From contig NC_087250.1 of NCBI RefSeq assembly GCF_037042905.1, positions 17,610,001 to 17,674,000 on the forward strand: a stretch of DNA of 64,000 bases, given 5' to 3'. Below are positions 22,915 through 36,248 of the stretch, piece after piece. The notes below the pieces were generated by a model. It ran no database searches. It saw nothing but the letters and a program-made list of their open reading frames with translations, and was not told where the DNA came from. The DNA comes from Lytechinus pictus (taxonomy: Eukaryota). Position 1 is the first letter of the stretch. Each line of letters begins with the position of its first letter. The position numbers were made by a program, and so were the translations under genes.

Positions 22915-25900
22915 TTAACTTACAAACAGCTTTGTGAAACACCCACCCTGGCCCCATCTTACATAGAATTGTGATTGATTTGATCAGTTTCAACTATGGA
23001 AATCCATCCATGTCATAATTCTTTGTAGGAAGTATACACAACACAATATTCCTTTTGAAATGGAAGGGGGATGCTGATTGGTCAAGAAAATGATGCATGC
23101 ATGATTTGAGAAAACACTTAAAACAGACATAGTTCTATTCTAGAATTTGGGTTCCCTGTCTTTTCATAGTTAAGATTAGATCAATTGGATCAATCAAAAC
23201 TCTTCATGAGACGGTTCCCTGTTCTCTTGGCCAGTGAGTTTTTAGCATATGTGACCTACTACCCAAAAGCTACCAATAAGTCGCCAGGTAAGGTCCTGAA
23301 GTGGAATAAAAGAAAAGACACCACTTTTTCGGACTGCTTGGAAGTTTCACTGAGATTACACGGTATGCACATCTCATGCTTGAGTGAACCCCAGACTTCC
23401 AACCTTGTTTTCTCCCGATTTTTTAAAGCTCTTGCTTAATTTCCTCTGCATTCAAACAAGTACTTGTAATGGTTATTGTTGGTCAATTTCAACACATCAT
23501 ATATCATTTGAAAGCTTAGGAAGTGAATTTTCAAGCTCAATAAAAATCTCAATTTTCATTTTGGTCGACTTATTGTTGGTTTTGAGGTGGCAGATCACAT
23601 ATAGACATGACAATATTCTCCATATTCAGCATATCCATGAGTTCGCAAGTTTTTACATTTGCTAACAGTTTCGATAATTATTTACTGTACACCTGTATAA
23701 AAATGGAAATCCTAGAAATGTTGCACTAGCAGAAAAGTGGCATAAATCAGTGCAAATGTCAAATTAGACATTAATATGCATTTCAGTAAGTATGAAGCTG
23801 CAGTTTGCTGATATGCTAATATGATTTATGTTTTCTTTTTTCTCACTAATTGTTGAAATAAGGTGAGAGAACATTTTTTTTTTCATTTTGTATTCAATAT
23901 AAGTTCAATTTTTTTTTTCATTGTTAAAAACGAAAGGCATCAATTTTCAGATTTTTATTTTTTATTTTATTTTGTTTATTTTATTTTATTTATTTATTTT
24001 TTTGTTTGGGGAGTGATATTCTTTGCATGATGTTATTTGTCTATATCAGTGGCAGATCCAGAATTTCTAGGGGTGCAACTATGGCAATTTTCTTAGATTT
24101 AGATATATCAATATCTATGTTCAGTGCTTCTCAAAATACAGGTGGGACATACGTCCCTTGTGTTTTCGCCTGGATCCGCCACTGATCTGCATGAGTTTTG
24201 ATATACACCTTTTCAGACTCGTATCTGGAACGTTACCACTTACTCACTGATGACTCATATTTTCATGTTACATGGAGCCAGATATAATCTCTATTGTGTT
24301 CGCAATGAAGTCCAGGGGCCCGTCCAACAAAGAGTTGCAATTGGTCCTATCAATCGCATCTATGGAAAGCCAGAAAAGTCAACATATTAATGCATGTTTG
24401 TTCAAAATAATTTCTCGATATGAATGAATATCCATAAATTCATTGATTTCTTGACAATTTGGTGTGTTCTCCTTTGTTCACAGGGGGCATTTTGCAAATT
24501 TCCTGTAAAAAAAATTATGACACTGATTAATTGTAACTCTTTTTAAGAAGGGGGCCCAGGAACCTGCCTCACAGAGAGTTGCGATTGATCCAAGGTACCT
24601 CACCTATATGGAACCCCATCATTGACATGTTCGTAAAGGAAATTTGCACAATGCCCTTTGTCAAGGAAGAGAAAGCACACAATTGCAAAGACAATAACGA
24701 ATACATGAATGTACATCATATTTACATGTAGAAGAAAAAAAACCAAACAAACTTGCATTTTAGATGTTGGCATTGTTGGCTTTCCATAGTTGTGGTTGAT
24801 TGGATCAATCACAAATTTTTGCAAGACTGGAGCCTGTAATACAGTGCATAGTGACTGCTCATGTGACTAATTTTTATTTTTTATTGTACATTGTGTTCAA
24901 GGCAGTTGAAAACAAAAAGTTGGTCTTGGATCATTGCTGCCAACTTCAGGGGTGTTGCAAGAAAAGATCTGTAATCGCAAAGATTTGCAACTACAGCAAA
25001 TTGAGTTTTATTGCTTGTTGCAAGATGCACACCATCAAGCAAGAACATATTTGCAATTGATTGCCAGACGTATGATTGATTTTGGACTTGTAATTGAGTG
25101 GTTTCAATTTTGGTGTCGGTGTTAGGTCAATTTTTACATGAATATAACACCAAACATGAAATGAAGATGGTCCTGAAAAGTCACTCACTAGTTGTTGAGA
25201 TGTCAATATTGTGATCTGGATCAGTTTTACAAACTCAAAATAGGTTTTGGAGCTAGGGGAAGCAATCCAAATTCCAACACCAATGCCAAGACCGGACTTG
25301 AAATCACCCATTGCTTGACAAGTTTTTTTGCAACACCCTATTAGTGTTACTGTCCCCAGGAGAGGATTTCACAAAGTGATTTTCACAGAACAACTGTTAT
25401 TAGCTACTGAAATCCTTGCATCTGATTGGCTAGCAGCAACTTTGTCTGTTATGTGGAACCTTCACTCTTGGAATAGGAATGTTTATTCTTGAATTGAAAG
25501 AAAAATATTAAATTGTTCACCATATATTTGGGCCCCGTCTTACAAAGAGTTACGAATGATCCAATCAATCTCAAATGTTTAGAAATCCATCCATACCGTA
25601 ATTTTTTTACAGGAATTTAGCACTATCTCCGTAGTAAACAAATAGTGTTATACTGGATCTTCAAGAGATTGATGATTGTATGAATATACATCATATCTAG
25701 AAATTATTTTGAACAAATTTGCATTTTAGATGTTGATGTTGCTAGCTGTCCATTTAACTCTTTGTAAGATGGGGTTCCTGGTGTATATTTGATAAACCTA
25801 GAATACTCTGCCTATTTTCGTTTAGCTAGGAATGTGGTAGTCCTATATTGCGATTGCAGATGCTGATGGGGTAACCTTATTGAATTAAATGTCTTTTTTT

Positions 25901-25917
25901 TCTCTTTTGGATATCAG

Positions 25918-27012
25918 GCACAGAGCATCATCCAATCTAACGCTGTTGGAACCAATTTCCCAGGAGTAACAGGAGCCAAAGGTATGAAACCTCAGGCGAC
26001 TGTCATTTCCCTCTCACCTAAGCAACAAGGGGTTCAACAGCTTGCCTCACCGACGGCGCAAGATATCAAGGGAGTGCCAAATATCGTGGCGCAACTGACT
26101 GCAGGTGCTTCAAGTACCGGCGCCCAGAAAACCGTAGTTCTGCCGACCAACTTGAAAGTCAATATGCAAAACAAGCAATATAAGATTTTGTACGTGCAGA
26201 AGCCTGGTGCGTCTAAACCTGAATTGTGTCTTCAACCATGCAACACAGATGGTTCAACTGCACCTGGTGGTACTCTTCAAGGTTCGGTGCCTCTGGTATC
26301 TTTGCAGCAGCCTATCCAACCGATCCCTGCCGCTACCTCTGGCAGAAATGTGCAGATTCAAATGTTACCACAGGGTGGGAATAAAATTGTAATGCAGGCT
26401 GTAGGGGGAACCCCACAAGGACTTATGGTGCAAAACACTCAACAGCCGCAAGTGGTACAGAATTTGGTATCACAGAATGTTCTACAGGCGCAAGCGTTGC
26501 AGAATGTGGTGCTTCAGAGTCCTGTAGCGGCACCGCAGGTTGTGAATCCAGCTGCAGGTAGCAATACCAGTGTAGTTACTATGATATCTACTCCGATACC
26601 ACCAGTTCCACCAGTATCAGTCATATCAGCACATTCAGTCCAAATGGCACCTTCCATCCAGGTTCCTTCAGCAGTTAGTCCACTATTGGTAGCACCGCCA
26701 GTGAATCAAACTACCATGCTAGCAGGGAGCCCTTCCAAAGCTGCGCCAAGCCAGATGGTGCACCTCCTTGATTCTGGCATTGTTGGAGCGTCAGGAGCAC
26801 CGACCATGGCGCCAGCTGGCGCACCATCATTAATACCATCATTGGCACCGCCCATGCTTTCCCCTGTCACTCAGCAAGTGACACATTTGGGGCCATCAGA
26901 TAATGTTATCTTACAGGCGGCGTCGGCTTCTGGGTTACTTTTACAGGCACCGGAACCGTCAATGCAGCAAATTGCAGTGAAGGGATTGTTTGAACCAAGT
27001 GGACAGTGTTGA
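25918..27012 (+). CDS. BRD10: Q/P/V-rich terminal exon, probably the alternative last exon of the BRD10-like gene
   Basis: Pyrimidine tract plus atcag| acceptor in phase 0; open to TGA at 27012; composition continues that of 18700-19320. Confidence 0.7.
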   Translation, partial: AQSIIQSNAVGTNFPGVTGAKGMKPQATVISLSPKQQGVQQLASPTAQDIKGVPNIVAQLTAGASSTGAQKTVVLPTNLKVNMQNKQYKILYVQKPGASKPELCLQPCNTDGSTAPGGTLQGSVPLVSLQQPIQPIPAATSGRNVQIQMLPQGGNKIVMQAVGGTPQGLMVQNTQQPQVVQNLVSQNVLQAQALQNVVLQSPVAAPQVVNPAAGSNTSVVTMISTPIPPVPPVSVISAHSVQMAPSIQVPSAVSPLLVAPPVNQTTMLAGSPSKAAPSQMVHLLDSGIVGASGAPTMAPAGAPSLIPSLAPPMLSPVTQQVTHLGPSDNVILQAASASGLLLQAPEPSMQQIAVKGLFEPSGQC

Positions 27013-28743
27013 AAGAATGTGCATTGCTTCTAAGCGGAGCCCACTTCAATGTAATTACCACACACTAAATTGTCATAATGAATATTGCAATTTTTGTAGA
27101 ATATTTTCATTCTTGGCCACCATTTCCACTGTTGTGTTGTAGTAATTTCTCTAAGTGTCCCAAAATTGGATACTATAGGAGCATTTCATGAACCAACTCG
27201 TCATTGATTCTACTGGAAGCAGTTGTTACAAGCTTCTGAAATCCCTGCATCAGATTGGCTAAGAGCAAATTTGTCAGTTAATATTAATGACGAGGTGCTT
27301 CATGAAAACACTCCTTTAGTTGTAATGGAAAGTCACCATAATAGCATGACAAACTGACCAGGGTCCTTTACACAAAATGTTATTAGCGATTGATCGTACA
27401 ATTCAGTTTTATGTACATTGTGGTCATTTCAATCAACCATAAAAGTTTATTCTCCAATCAGTTGCTATTAGCCGAGTGTAACAGGACCCAGGGGACAGTT
27501 TCACAAACGGTAAGTTGGATAATAATAAAGTCAGGCGTCGACGCCGAAACGCATAGTATCTAACTTCCATATTTCATTGGTAGACTTTGCCACAGAGTCT
27601 GGACTCCTTGTAGAAGTTGACCATTACGGTGAGGATTTGTATTTTTCTACACAAGTTTGATAAGCCCAATAAGATGTTGTGTAAAATTTTGGTGCAACTC
27701 GTGGAGCATTGGAAGGAACTTGCCATCCACTGCACTAGTCAAATTTGGGTCAAAAAATCAATCATCAGTCAGGCAATAAATTGCAAATTTGAATCTGTAC
27801 TTGATGGGGGGGGGGGGGGGTGATTCACAAAGATTTAAGTATGAGTTAGAGTCGCACTGAAGTGCCCACACGTACATGATATGCAATGCACAATCTTATT
27901 GATTATAAATATGCAGTAGTGCGCGTTCTCTAGCATATGACCAATGCAGTCATGCCTTTTATACCGCACGAAAATAGGCATTTAAGTGTGAATCTAAGTC
28001 ATACTTAAATCTATGTGAAACACCCCCCCCCCCCTGGTCTGCTTTTTGCAACAAGCAGTAAAAATCAATTTGCATTAGTTACAATTGGTATATATCACTT
28101 GCTAATTTTTGGATTGGAAATTTGCAATCAATTTCAATTTTTTCTTTGCAACACCCCCCTAAGACTTAACTTGCTACTCAAGTCTAAAGTTACTCCCTGT
28201 GAAACAGGGCCCTGGGGAGTGTTTCATGAAAGGACTTGTCAGACGTTTTATCCGACAAGTCCCATTTTGTCTGACAATTACCATAGTAACAATGCTTCTC
28301 TGCCAATCAACATCAGGGAAAGTTGTCAGATCTGACAACTTGTCGGACAAACATGTTGATGAAATTCTCCCCTGGTTTGCCTCTTTTTCAATTTAACTGC
28401 AATTCCATTCTATATACATTATGTGCTACCAAAGTGGTGAAAGTCAAGGTTCCCAGTTCCAAAAGACTTGTCATAGTAACAAATGCACAATTTCTATTAC
28501 AAGTTTACTATCAGCCAATCAAATTGAAGGATTTCAGTAGCTTGTAACTGTTGTTGCAAATTTGTTATTATAACAGGTTTTATGAAACGGGGACCTGGAA
28601 TAATATTTTTTGTATGAAACCGTCTTACATCGATAATCATGTACCTGGGTACCTATTTCCTTGATGTAGTAGTATGTAGTAGTAGAAGTATACTAATTTA
28701 TTGTAGATGATATAATGCTTGGAGCAGTTCGTGACAAAACATA

Positions 28744-29067
28744 GGCCCGTATTCTGAAGTCGGGTTTAACTTAAACTCAGGTTGAAAGTTGTGGTTTAAC
28801 TAGATGTATGGAGAGCCAATTGGAGCACAAATGAAATCCCTTACAGTATACATTCAATTTATTAACTCATTTGACACCAAAATTGTTCATAATTGCCTGA
28901 GAATGGTAGCTGAAGTATTTTTCTTTGTTATGAAAGCAAAATAAAACAACATAGTAAACATAAAGAAATATACAATATGAACAGAATTTTTGAATTTTTG
29001 CCTCCCCATAATTTTAGCACAGAGTTAGACCATGGTCAAAGTTAAACCTGACTTCAGAATACGGGCC
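28744..29067. mobile_element. PIF/Harbinger-like MITE
   Basis: TIR GGCCCGTATTCTGAAGTC..GACTTCAGAATACGGGCC with 3-bp TSD ATA; relative at about 30833-31128. Confidence 0.8.
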
Positions 29068-29246
29068 ATAATAGAGTTTTGGAAGAAAATTGAATATTGA
29101 GAAGATATGTTGTCAAGGGATCGTCTTTCTTTGGGAAAGATCTGGGTCCCGTCACATGAAGCATTGCGATTGATTGTTTGGCTGACTTTTATGATTGATT
29201 ATGAATGCAATCAATCATAAATATTAGCTTTGCGATTAATTGTTAA

Positions 29247-29824
29247 AGGAGAATGAAACCTTTGGAACAAGAAACCTTGTGTGAAAACAGAAAATCAAAG
29301 AAACAGATCAACGAAAGTTTGAGAAAACTCGGACAAATAATTAGAAAGTTATGAGCATTTCAATATTGCGATCACTAATGCTTTGGAGATCCTCCCATAG
29401 GCAATGCAACAGATGTTTGATGTCACTTGTGAACAACTATCCTATTACTTAAGTATATATTTCACTCAAACTGCCTCTCTTATCACATCTATCAGTAGAT
29501 CATGTGTTCTTTCTTTAGGAGGGCATGTAATACAGATTTTTAAAGAATACATCATGGATAAAGAGTTTGTATCACCATAAGAAAGAGCAAAAAGAGACAC
29601 TTTGGGGGTATTTTATAGTCCATCAAAGTAAAAGTTGTTCACATGTGACATCACACATCTTTGTGGCATTGCCAAGTGGAGGATCTCCATAGCATTAGTG
29701 ATCGCAATATTCAAATGCTCATAACTTTCTCATTATTTGTCAGAGTTTTCTCAAACTTTCTTTGTTCTTATTTGGTTTTTCTGTTTTGACACAAGCCTAC
29801 TTGTTCCAAAAGTTTCATTCCCCT
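29247..29824. mobile_element. Kolobok-like MITE family B
   Basis: TTAA|AGGAGAATGAAACCTTTGGAACAAG..CTTGTTCCAAAAGTTTCATTCCCCT|TTAA; relatives at 43428-44005 and a fragment at about 420-504. Confidence 0.8.
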
Positions 29825-31522
29825 TTAAGCTATATGTTACAGGGCCTAGTGTTTTGGATACTTTTATGAGCAGGTATGAATGATACATGTAGATTTGAAC
29901 TTAAGTTGTTCCATTTGAATGTTTTCCAGAGAATGCGAGAAGCTCTAGAAATGACTTGTTCCCCAGTTTGCATTACATGTTGCTATGTCAGCAAGCCTAT
30001 GCCAAGCTTCAGTTTTCTAAAAAAATTATCATTATTTATAAGGACATGTATGCATAAAGTTTGATGATGATTTTGTTTTTATATTTAGCTGGCTTTGTTC
30101 TTGCATTGATGATTATGTTGAGGAATGGCAGTACAATTTTAAGCATTCCAATCTGAAGTAAATAATGGATAATTTAGGCTGAAAATTGTATGATATAAAC
30201 AGAGTAAAATCAGTAAAACAAAATCGAAAATCTTAACAAAATGGCCAAGGATTAACAAAGTTATGACAATTCAAAGTTTTGCATTATTTCTGTGAAACAG
30301 TTCTATGCATGTCCTCATGAATATGTAATTAGCCAGCTGATGATGTCATATCCTTATTTATTGTTGTATGAATATTGTGTCCTCCAAAAATGAAAAAAAT
30401 ATGTGATTGACTACTGATTTACTGTCTACGGTAATCATTGCTGAACCTATTTCTGTTACATGTACACACACGTGTATAAAATACGAAAAAAATATTTCTA
30501 GAAATAAAATAAGAAAGCGGGGACATGACATCATCAGCCCATCTATTGCATATTCATGACGACATTCATTTTAAAGAATATTGCTTAACTTAGGAATTCA
30601 ACAACTTCATTATTATGTCAGACGTTGGTACAATATATTCAGAGCAAATTGCTCTTTGAATGTTACTCTGTTTATTTAGATATTTCATTTTCAGCTTGGA
30701 GTACCCCTTTCAAAACATTTTTCCCAAATAATGTTTTTTAGCCTTGAAAGTGGACAGGCAGTGGATTCAATCGGTGCTTGTGCGTGCCGTGCATTGCTTC
30801 ACTCCACCTAATTTGCATGCCAAGAGCACAATGGCCCGTATTCTTAATTCTGGTTTAATTTAAATTCCAGTATAAATTTGTGGCTGACTATGGATAGCCA
30901 ATTGTGACACAAATCAGTTCAGTTTGTCAGCTCATCTGTTACTGAGATTATTCTTTCATATTCTTTCAGAGAATAGTAATTAAGTTTGTTTTCTTCACCA
31001 TTATAACATGATGAAAGAGCACACAGAACATAAATATGTTACAGGATTTTAAAATTTTTGGCATCCCATAATTTTAGCACGTAGTTTGACCATTGGCCTA
31101 AGTTAAACCAGACTAAAGATTATCGGCCAATGCATAAATATTAATTATTAAGCCATACTTTACTAGCAGTCTACTTGTGAACAAGCAAATTAAAATGCCC
31201 TCATGATGGCGCCCCATCACCTTTGCCAATGGTAATTATTTACTTACCATGTCGTTGTTTTATTTGACAGTAATGATTCAATCTTGATTACATGTACATA
31301 TATGTAAATGTACAAAATACAAATGCAGCCAAATTTGTTTGTCCAGCTCCTGTTTTTGTTTAATAGTGTGTAATGAATGTAAAGAATGAATGATCTGAAC
31401 TCGATTGATTTGATTGTACAATAATTTCAATGTTAGAATATGTATGTTCTAATACTCTCTGCTATTTCACAGAAAGAATTGTATTTTGGACTGTACATGT
31501 ACATGTAAAGGAAAAATTAAAC

Positions 31523-31917
31523 AGGTATTCAGGTATGAAAAAAAATAGAAGAAAACTGTGTCATTTGTATTTTGGTTTATTTATAGGTGATTGGACTTGT
31601 TTCTATGCATGTCTGCTACAGTGAAATATATTGTTTTAACACCTTTGAAATTGATTTGTCATGTTTGAACCCCCCCCCAAAAAAAAACCCCACAATTTTT
31701 AAAAAGAATGATTCTTAAAGAGGTATTCAGGTATGAACAAAAAATGGAAGAAAAATGTGTCAGTTATATTTTGATTTTGTTTATAGGTGATTGGATTTCT
31801 TTCTGTGCATGTCTGCTACAGTGAAATGTTGTTTTAAAATTGAAAACACCTTTGAAATTGATTGTCATGTTTGACCCCCCCCCAAAAAAAAAGTTTAAAA
31901 AAGAATGTTTCTTATCA
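31523..31917. repeat. Tandem duplication, period about 197 bp
   Basis: AGGTATTCAGGTATGAA..GCATGTCTGCTACAGTGAAAT..CCCCCCCAAAAAA occurs twice. Confidence 0.8.
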
Positions 31918-32996
31918 CAGCAGTAATTTGATGCGTTTTTGTCCAATAAGAGAAATGATAGACTGACAATCTGTGGCCCGTTTCAGAAAGAAACTCCCAC
32001 AAAACCGTAAATTTTGATTCGTCAATGAATCATAGGCCTTTGTGGAGGATAATTACCACAAAATACCGATACAAGAAGTCCCTTTCATTCGATTTACATT
32101 AACTATTTGAATATCAATATATTCTGCAAGTATTGATGCTCAGATTGCAATCATGTTCCTACTGATGATACACCGATTATGTGACTGTATAAATGCATAG
32201 AATAGGGCAAGAGTTATGAAGTGCCAGAGTGATGATGGCGCAAGTTTACAAAAAAATTTCTTGTATATTTTAGCGCTTTTGAAACCATATCTTGGTGAAG
32301 CAGGATGAAATATACTGTATTCACGACCCAAATTTGGTGGGAGTCGAACCACAGCGGCCCCCAATAATGTGTTCAGACTCATGAATGCGTAATAAACCCT
32401 ATTGTGTGGAGGAGTGTAATCATGCTCCGCCAAAATATGGGACAGTATCAGAAACACTAACATGCACCAAAGAAAAAAAAATAAATGGAGGTACTCTATT
32501 CACTTTTACACCATATTTTGGGCATAATTCATTTTGACATGCTTTGTTATATTAAAAGTTTAATCAGTGTGGATTGAAGAAAGACTAGTAACATAAGAAA
32601 GTGTAAGAGTGAAGAATAGTTTTGAGCATGACGGAATAAAGAGGAACGAGCAAAGGAAAACTTAAATGATGGGAGGATGAAGATGGAAAGATTTGTTTTC
32701 TTTCAAAATAATTATTTGCCAAAAAATTACTAATAGGGAGGTCATCAATGTAGAAACTGTCCGTATTTTAGAACATATATTTACATATTTCTAATGCAAA
32801 TCCACATTTCTACAAGGCATATTTCTTGGTACAGAACAATTTTTACAAAATGAAATAATGAGGGGCACTGCTAATCTCCAAGTCAATATTAAAATTTCAG
32901 CCCTGGTAACAAATATGGTACTAGCTGTGAATGCATCTTGCTTTTAGGTTGTTTCACGGTGACACCCTCCCTCTATGGGCTGTATGTGCCAATTAA

Positions 32997-33707
32997 AGGA
33001 AACCAAAACCCAAGAAGAGAAGTAATCTTATTGGAAAGAGTAAAATGAGAGGAACAATTTAAAAAAATTTCATCAAAATCGGTTATAAAATAAGCAAGTT
33101 AAAGTCTTGCACTTTCTATGGGGATCCTCAAATTGGCAAACGTGCTTTGAGGCGCGATAGCTCAGGGGTTTCGGTCACCCGGGTTCGATTCCCAAGTGGT
33201 GCACTAGTGCCCTTTGGTAAGGCATTTATCCTCATTACCAGGTCCCTCGGAGAGGACCTTAAGCCGTTGGTCCACTGGTTGCTTGCTCACAGGCATTCAT
33301 GCTTTCTTAGCAGTCAGGTAAAACAACCTCGGTATAACAAAATGGCTTATTTTTTGGACAACTCTCCATTTGTTTTGTACACAAATTTTCCTCATCTTTC
33401 AAACTGCATCTTGCCTCCTCAGCGTAACATAATTCATGGGAAAATATAATTCACACCACATATGTCAAGGTCAGGAGATGATGATGTGAAATATGTCAAA
33501 TAAAGGGGAAAATCTGAATGATTGTGTACGAAACAAATGGAGAGTTGTCCACAAAATCAGCCATTTTGAAGCACATTTGCCAATTTGAGGATCCCCATAG
33601 AAAGTACAAGACTTTTTAAACGTCCATAACTTGCTTATTTCATAACCAATTTTGTTATTTTTACTCTACCCAATAAGATTGCTTCTCTTCTTGGGTTTTG
33701 GTTTCCT
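32997..33707. mobile_element. Kolobok-like MITE family C carrying a SINE insertion
   Basis: TTAA|AGGAAACCAAAACCCAAGAAGAGAAG..CTTCTCTTCTTGGGTTTTGGTTTCCT|TTAA. Confidence 0.8.
33149..33337 (+). mobile_element. tRNA-derived SINE
   Basis: GGCGCGATAGCTCAG A box, GGGTTCGATTCCC B box; interrupts the left arm of the MITE. Confidence 0.75.
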
Positions 33708-34448
33708 TTAAACACAAAATACATGTATGTACACAGAATAGGGCAGAAATTGCAGAAGCTCGGTGTACTTTATATGGTATAGTGCATGTTGCACAGGGGT
33801 GTAGTTTAACTAGCAGTTATCAGCAATTTTGTTTTTGATTTCCAGCCTTTTTGTATGCATATCCTCATAAGGTTGAAAATCAAGAACAAAATGGCCGATA
33901 TGTACTGGTTAAACTCCATCACCCCCTGTGCAAAAGGCTTTACACCCATTTCTTCATGCATTTCTCTGTCTTTTTAATCTGTTCATTCTGACTTCCTCTC
34001 GTTTCTATAAATTTGATCGCTTAATCATCGCCTTCTTTCGTCGTCTTTACTCTCTTTCTTCTCAAGTTCATTCATCTTTCAAATCTTCATTTCTCCCTTT
34101 TATTTTTAACCTTTCTTTCTTCTACGCATCACTCGTCTCAATTTCTTAACCTTCGCTCGCATCAAAATCTTACTATGTCCATTTTTATTCTCTTTACCTT
34201 CCCACTAATGCCTATTAGTTCATGACTGCCATTCCCTCTCTAGCCTCCCTTTCTTATAAGTATTTCTTTTTTCAAATCGTATCTCTCCCAATAAACCCAT
34301 TTCCCAAGTGATTAAAATTAATGCATGACATGTCATAGCGCCCTCCCTCAGAGGATATAGGGATCTGTGTAAACAGAGATGTGCCAGCTGCAGATCACCA
34401 ACACATGCAGGGCAATGACGTCATTGCACAAGGTCTAGATAAGGTCAG

Positions 34449-34801
34449 TTTATTTCAAAATGGTTTATAATGCCGATTCGTCTACTATCATTTGGTCTCT
34501 ATCAATTCATCCACTATCCCCGTTTCATCCGCTCAACATTTCATCTAATAGCCAGTTGGTCCAGTAGCCGTTTAGTCCATAAACCATTTGATCTAATTGG
34601 ACTAAAGTGTTGATTGGGCGAAATGAATGAAAAGAAAATGGGTATTAGACCAAGTGGTTATGAAATGAAATGGTAATAGGCAAACTGGTGATTAGACGAA
34701 GTGATGATTGGACCAAATGTTGATGGACGGAATGGCATTTGACAAAATGAATGTAGACCATGTGATAAGTGGACAAGTTGGCAATAGACGAATCGGCAGT
34801 T
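34449..34801. mobile_element. MITE directly downstream of RPS11
   Basis: TIR TGCCGATTCGTCTA..TAGACGAATCGGCA. Confidence 0.6.
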
Positions 34802-34919
34802 TACCAAAAGGTCTATTCTCATTATACACAACACTTGACAGACCAATACTAAGAACAGTGCATGTTGATGTGATGTTAATTTATTTCTACATTCCCTCCA
34901 AATAATCTCTAGACAGCCT

Positions 34920-35046
34920 TTAGAACTTGGCAAACTGCTTCTTTGCTGATCCTGGAGCCTGTGTCACCTTCAGGACGTTGAATCGAACGGTCTTACTGAG
35001 AGGGCGACATTCACCAACGGTCACGATATCTCCGATTTTGGTGTCC
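34920..35046 (-). CDS. RPS11: 40S ribosomal protein S11 (uS17), exon 4
   Basis: [40 protein letters not shown] on minus at 34880-34885. Confidence 0.97.
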
Positions 35047-35494
35047 CTGCGAGGAAGAACACGAGAAGAAAAACAGTGAATATGTATTCAGGCTTGCCGG
35101 GCTAAGCTTGGGATAAATATGATTATGTACATGTAACCTAGCCTACGACTAAGTCAAATCATTTAGGATAACAATCGTTTTCACTCTGGAGAAATTCAAC
35201 TAAAAATATAATGTGTGTCCTTCATCATGTGGTTTACAAGACTGCGTCTTGAGCAAATATTCATCTTATGGAAGGTGGATTTGTCTGCTGGAAGTGGCAA
35301 TAGACCTCAGATGACAATGTGATATGTGCTATATTTAAGTGGGATATTATTATTTTGATTTTTGCTATTACCACTAAGATCACTATACATTCTTGACAGA
35401 GGTATCCAGCTGTTTGATCAAAATTAATCAAGATAATCTGTACAGGCTTTTTCTCCCAGTGTGGTGATTTTCTTGGCATGAGTACAAGGGGAAG

Positions 35495-35582
35495 ATTGCA
35501 TCAGTGAAGTGCTTAAAAGCAATGTCAGCATCCCTCCTTGGGAGGGAATATGAAGACCATCGTGAGAAACATCATGTGCAAT
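35495..35582 (-). ncRNA. SNORD35: Box C/D snoRNA U35-like, RPS11 intron 3
   Basis: ATTGCA terminal stem, box C ATGATG, guide TCTCACGATGGTCT as in human U35 (recalled), box D CTGA. Confidence 0.88.
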
Positions 35583-35960
35583 ATTCCCATCTCATACTAG
35601 CCAATGAACGTTTCTTCAAGCGTAAATAAAATCAAGATAAAAACAACGGTTTAACTCAGTTGAACTGGCCTTGGTAACTTTACGTGACATCTTTCATCAT
35701 GTAATTTTTTACTATATAGAAAAATTAACTCTTTCTTTTCATTCTCACTAAAAACAAAATTGTCATCATCCAACAGTAAGTCAGATTATAATAGTAATGA
35801 CAAAACAAATTAAATATCTTCTTTACTTTTCATTCCTTTACTTGAATCTTTAACTTGGTTTATGGATTACTTATCCATTTCCTTCATTCATCTTTTGATT
35901 ACACAGCAATTTATTGCCTTATTCTTCTTTGTAAGATGGGGGGGGGGGGTGTCGGCTTAC

Positions 35961-36166
35961 CTGAAGCAGGGTGAGAGATGGACAGACATGGTCTTGTGCC
36001 TCTTCTCAAATCGGTTGTATTTCTTGATGTAATGGAGGTAGTCGCGCCTGATGACAATCGTCCTCTGCATCTTCATCTTGGTGATGACGCCGGTCAAGAT
36101 ACGGCCGCGGATGTGGACGTTGCCGGTGAACGGGCACTTCTTGTCGATGTAGTGACCATCGCGAGC
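35961..36166 (-). CDS. RPS11: RPS11 exon 3
   Basis: [56 protein letters not shown]; ag/gt borders. Confidence 0.97.
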
Positions 36167-36248
36167 CTGCGAAAGAAAACACGAAATGTCCAGTGTTAGT
36201 CAAGAAATCATGCTTAAATGTGTTTCATCGGGATACCATGCATTCCTG

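Noticed and set aside
35150..35232. Another box C (ATGATGA) on minus in RPS11 intron 3
   Set aside because: No matching box D or terminal stem at a plausible distance
35978..36203. ORF-track peptides over RPS11 exon 3
   Set aside because: Wrong frame or antisense shadows of the real exon
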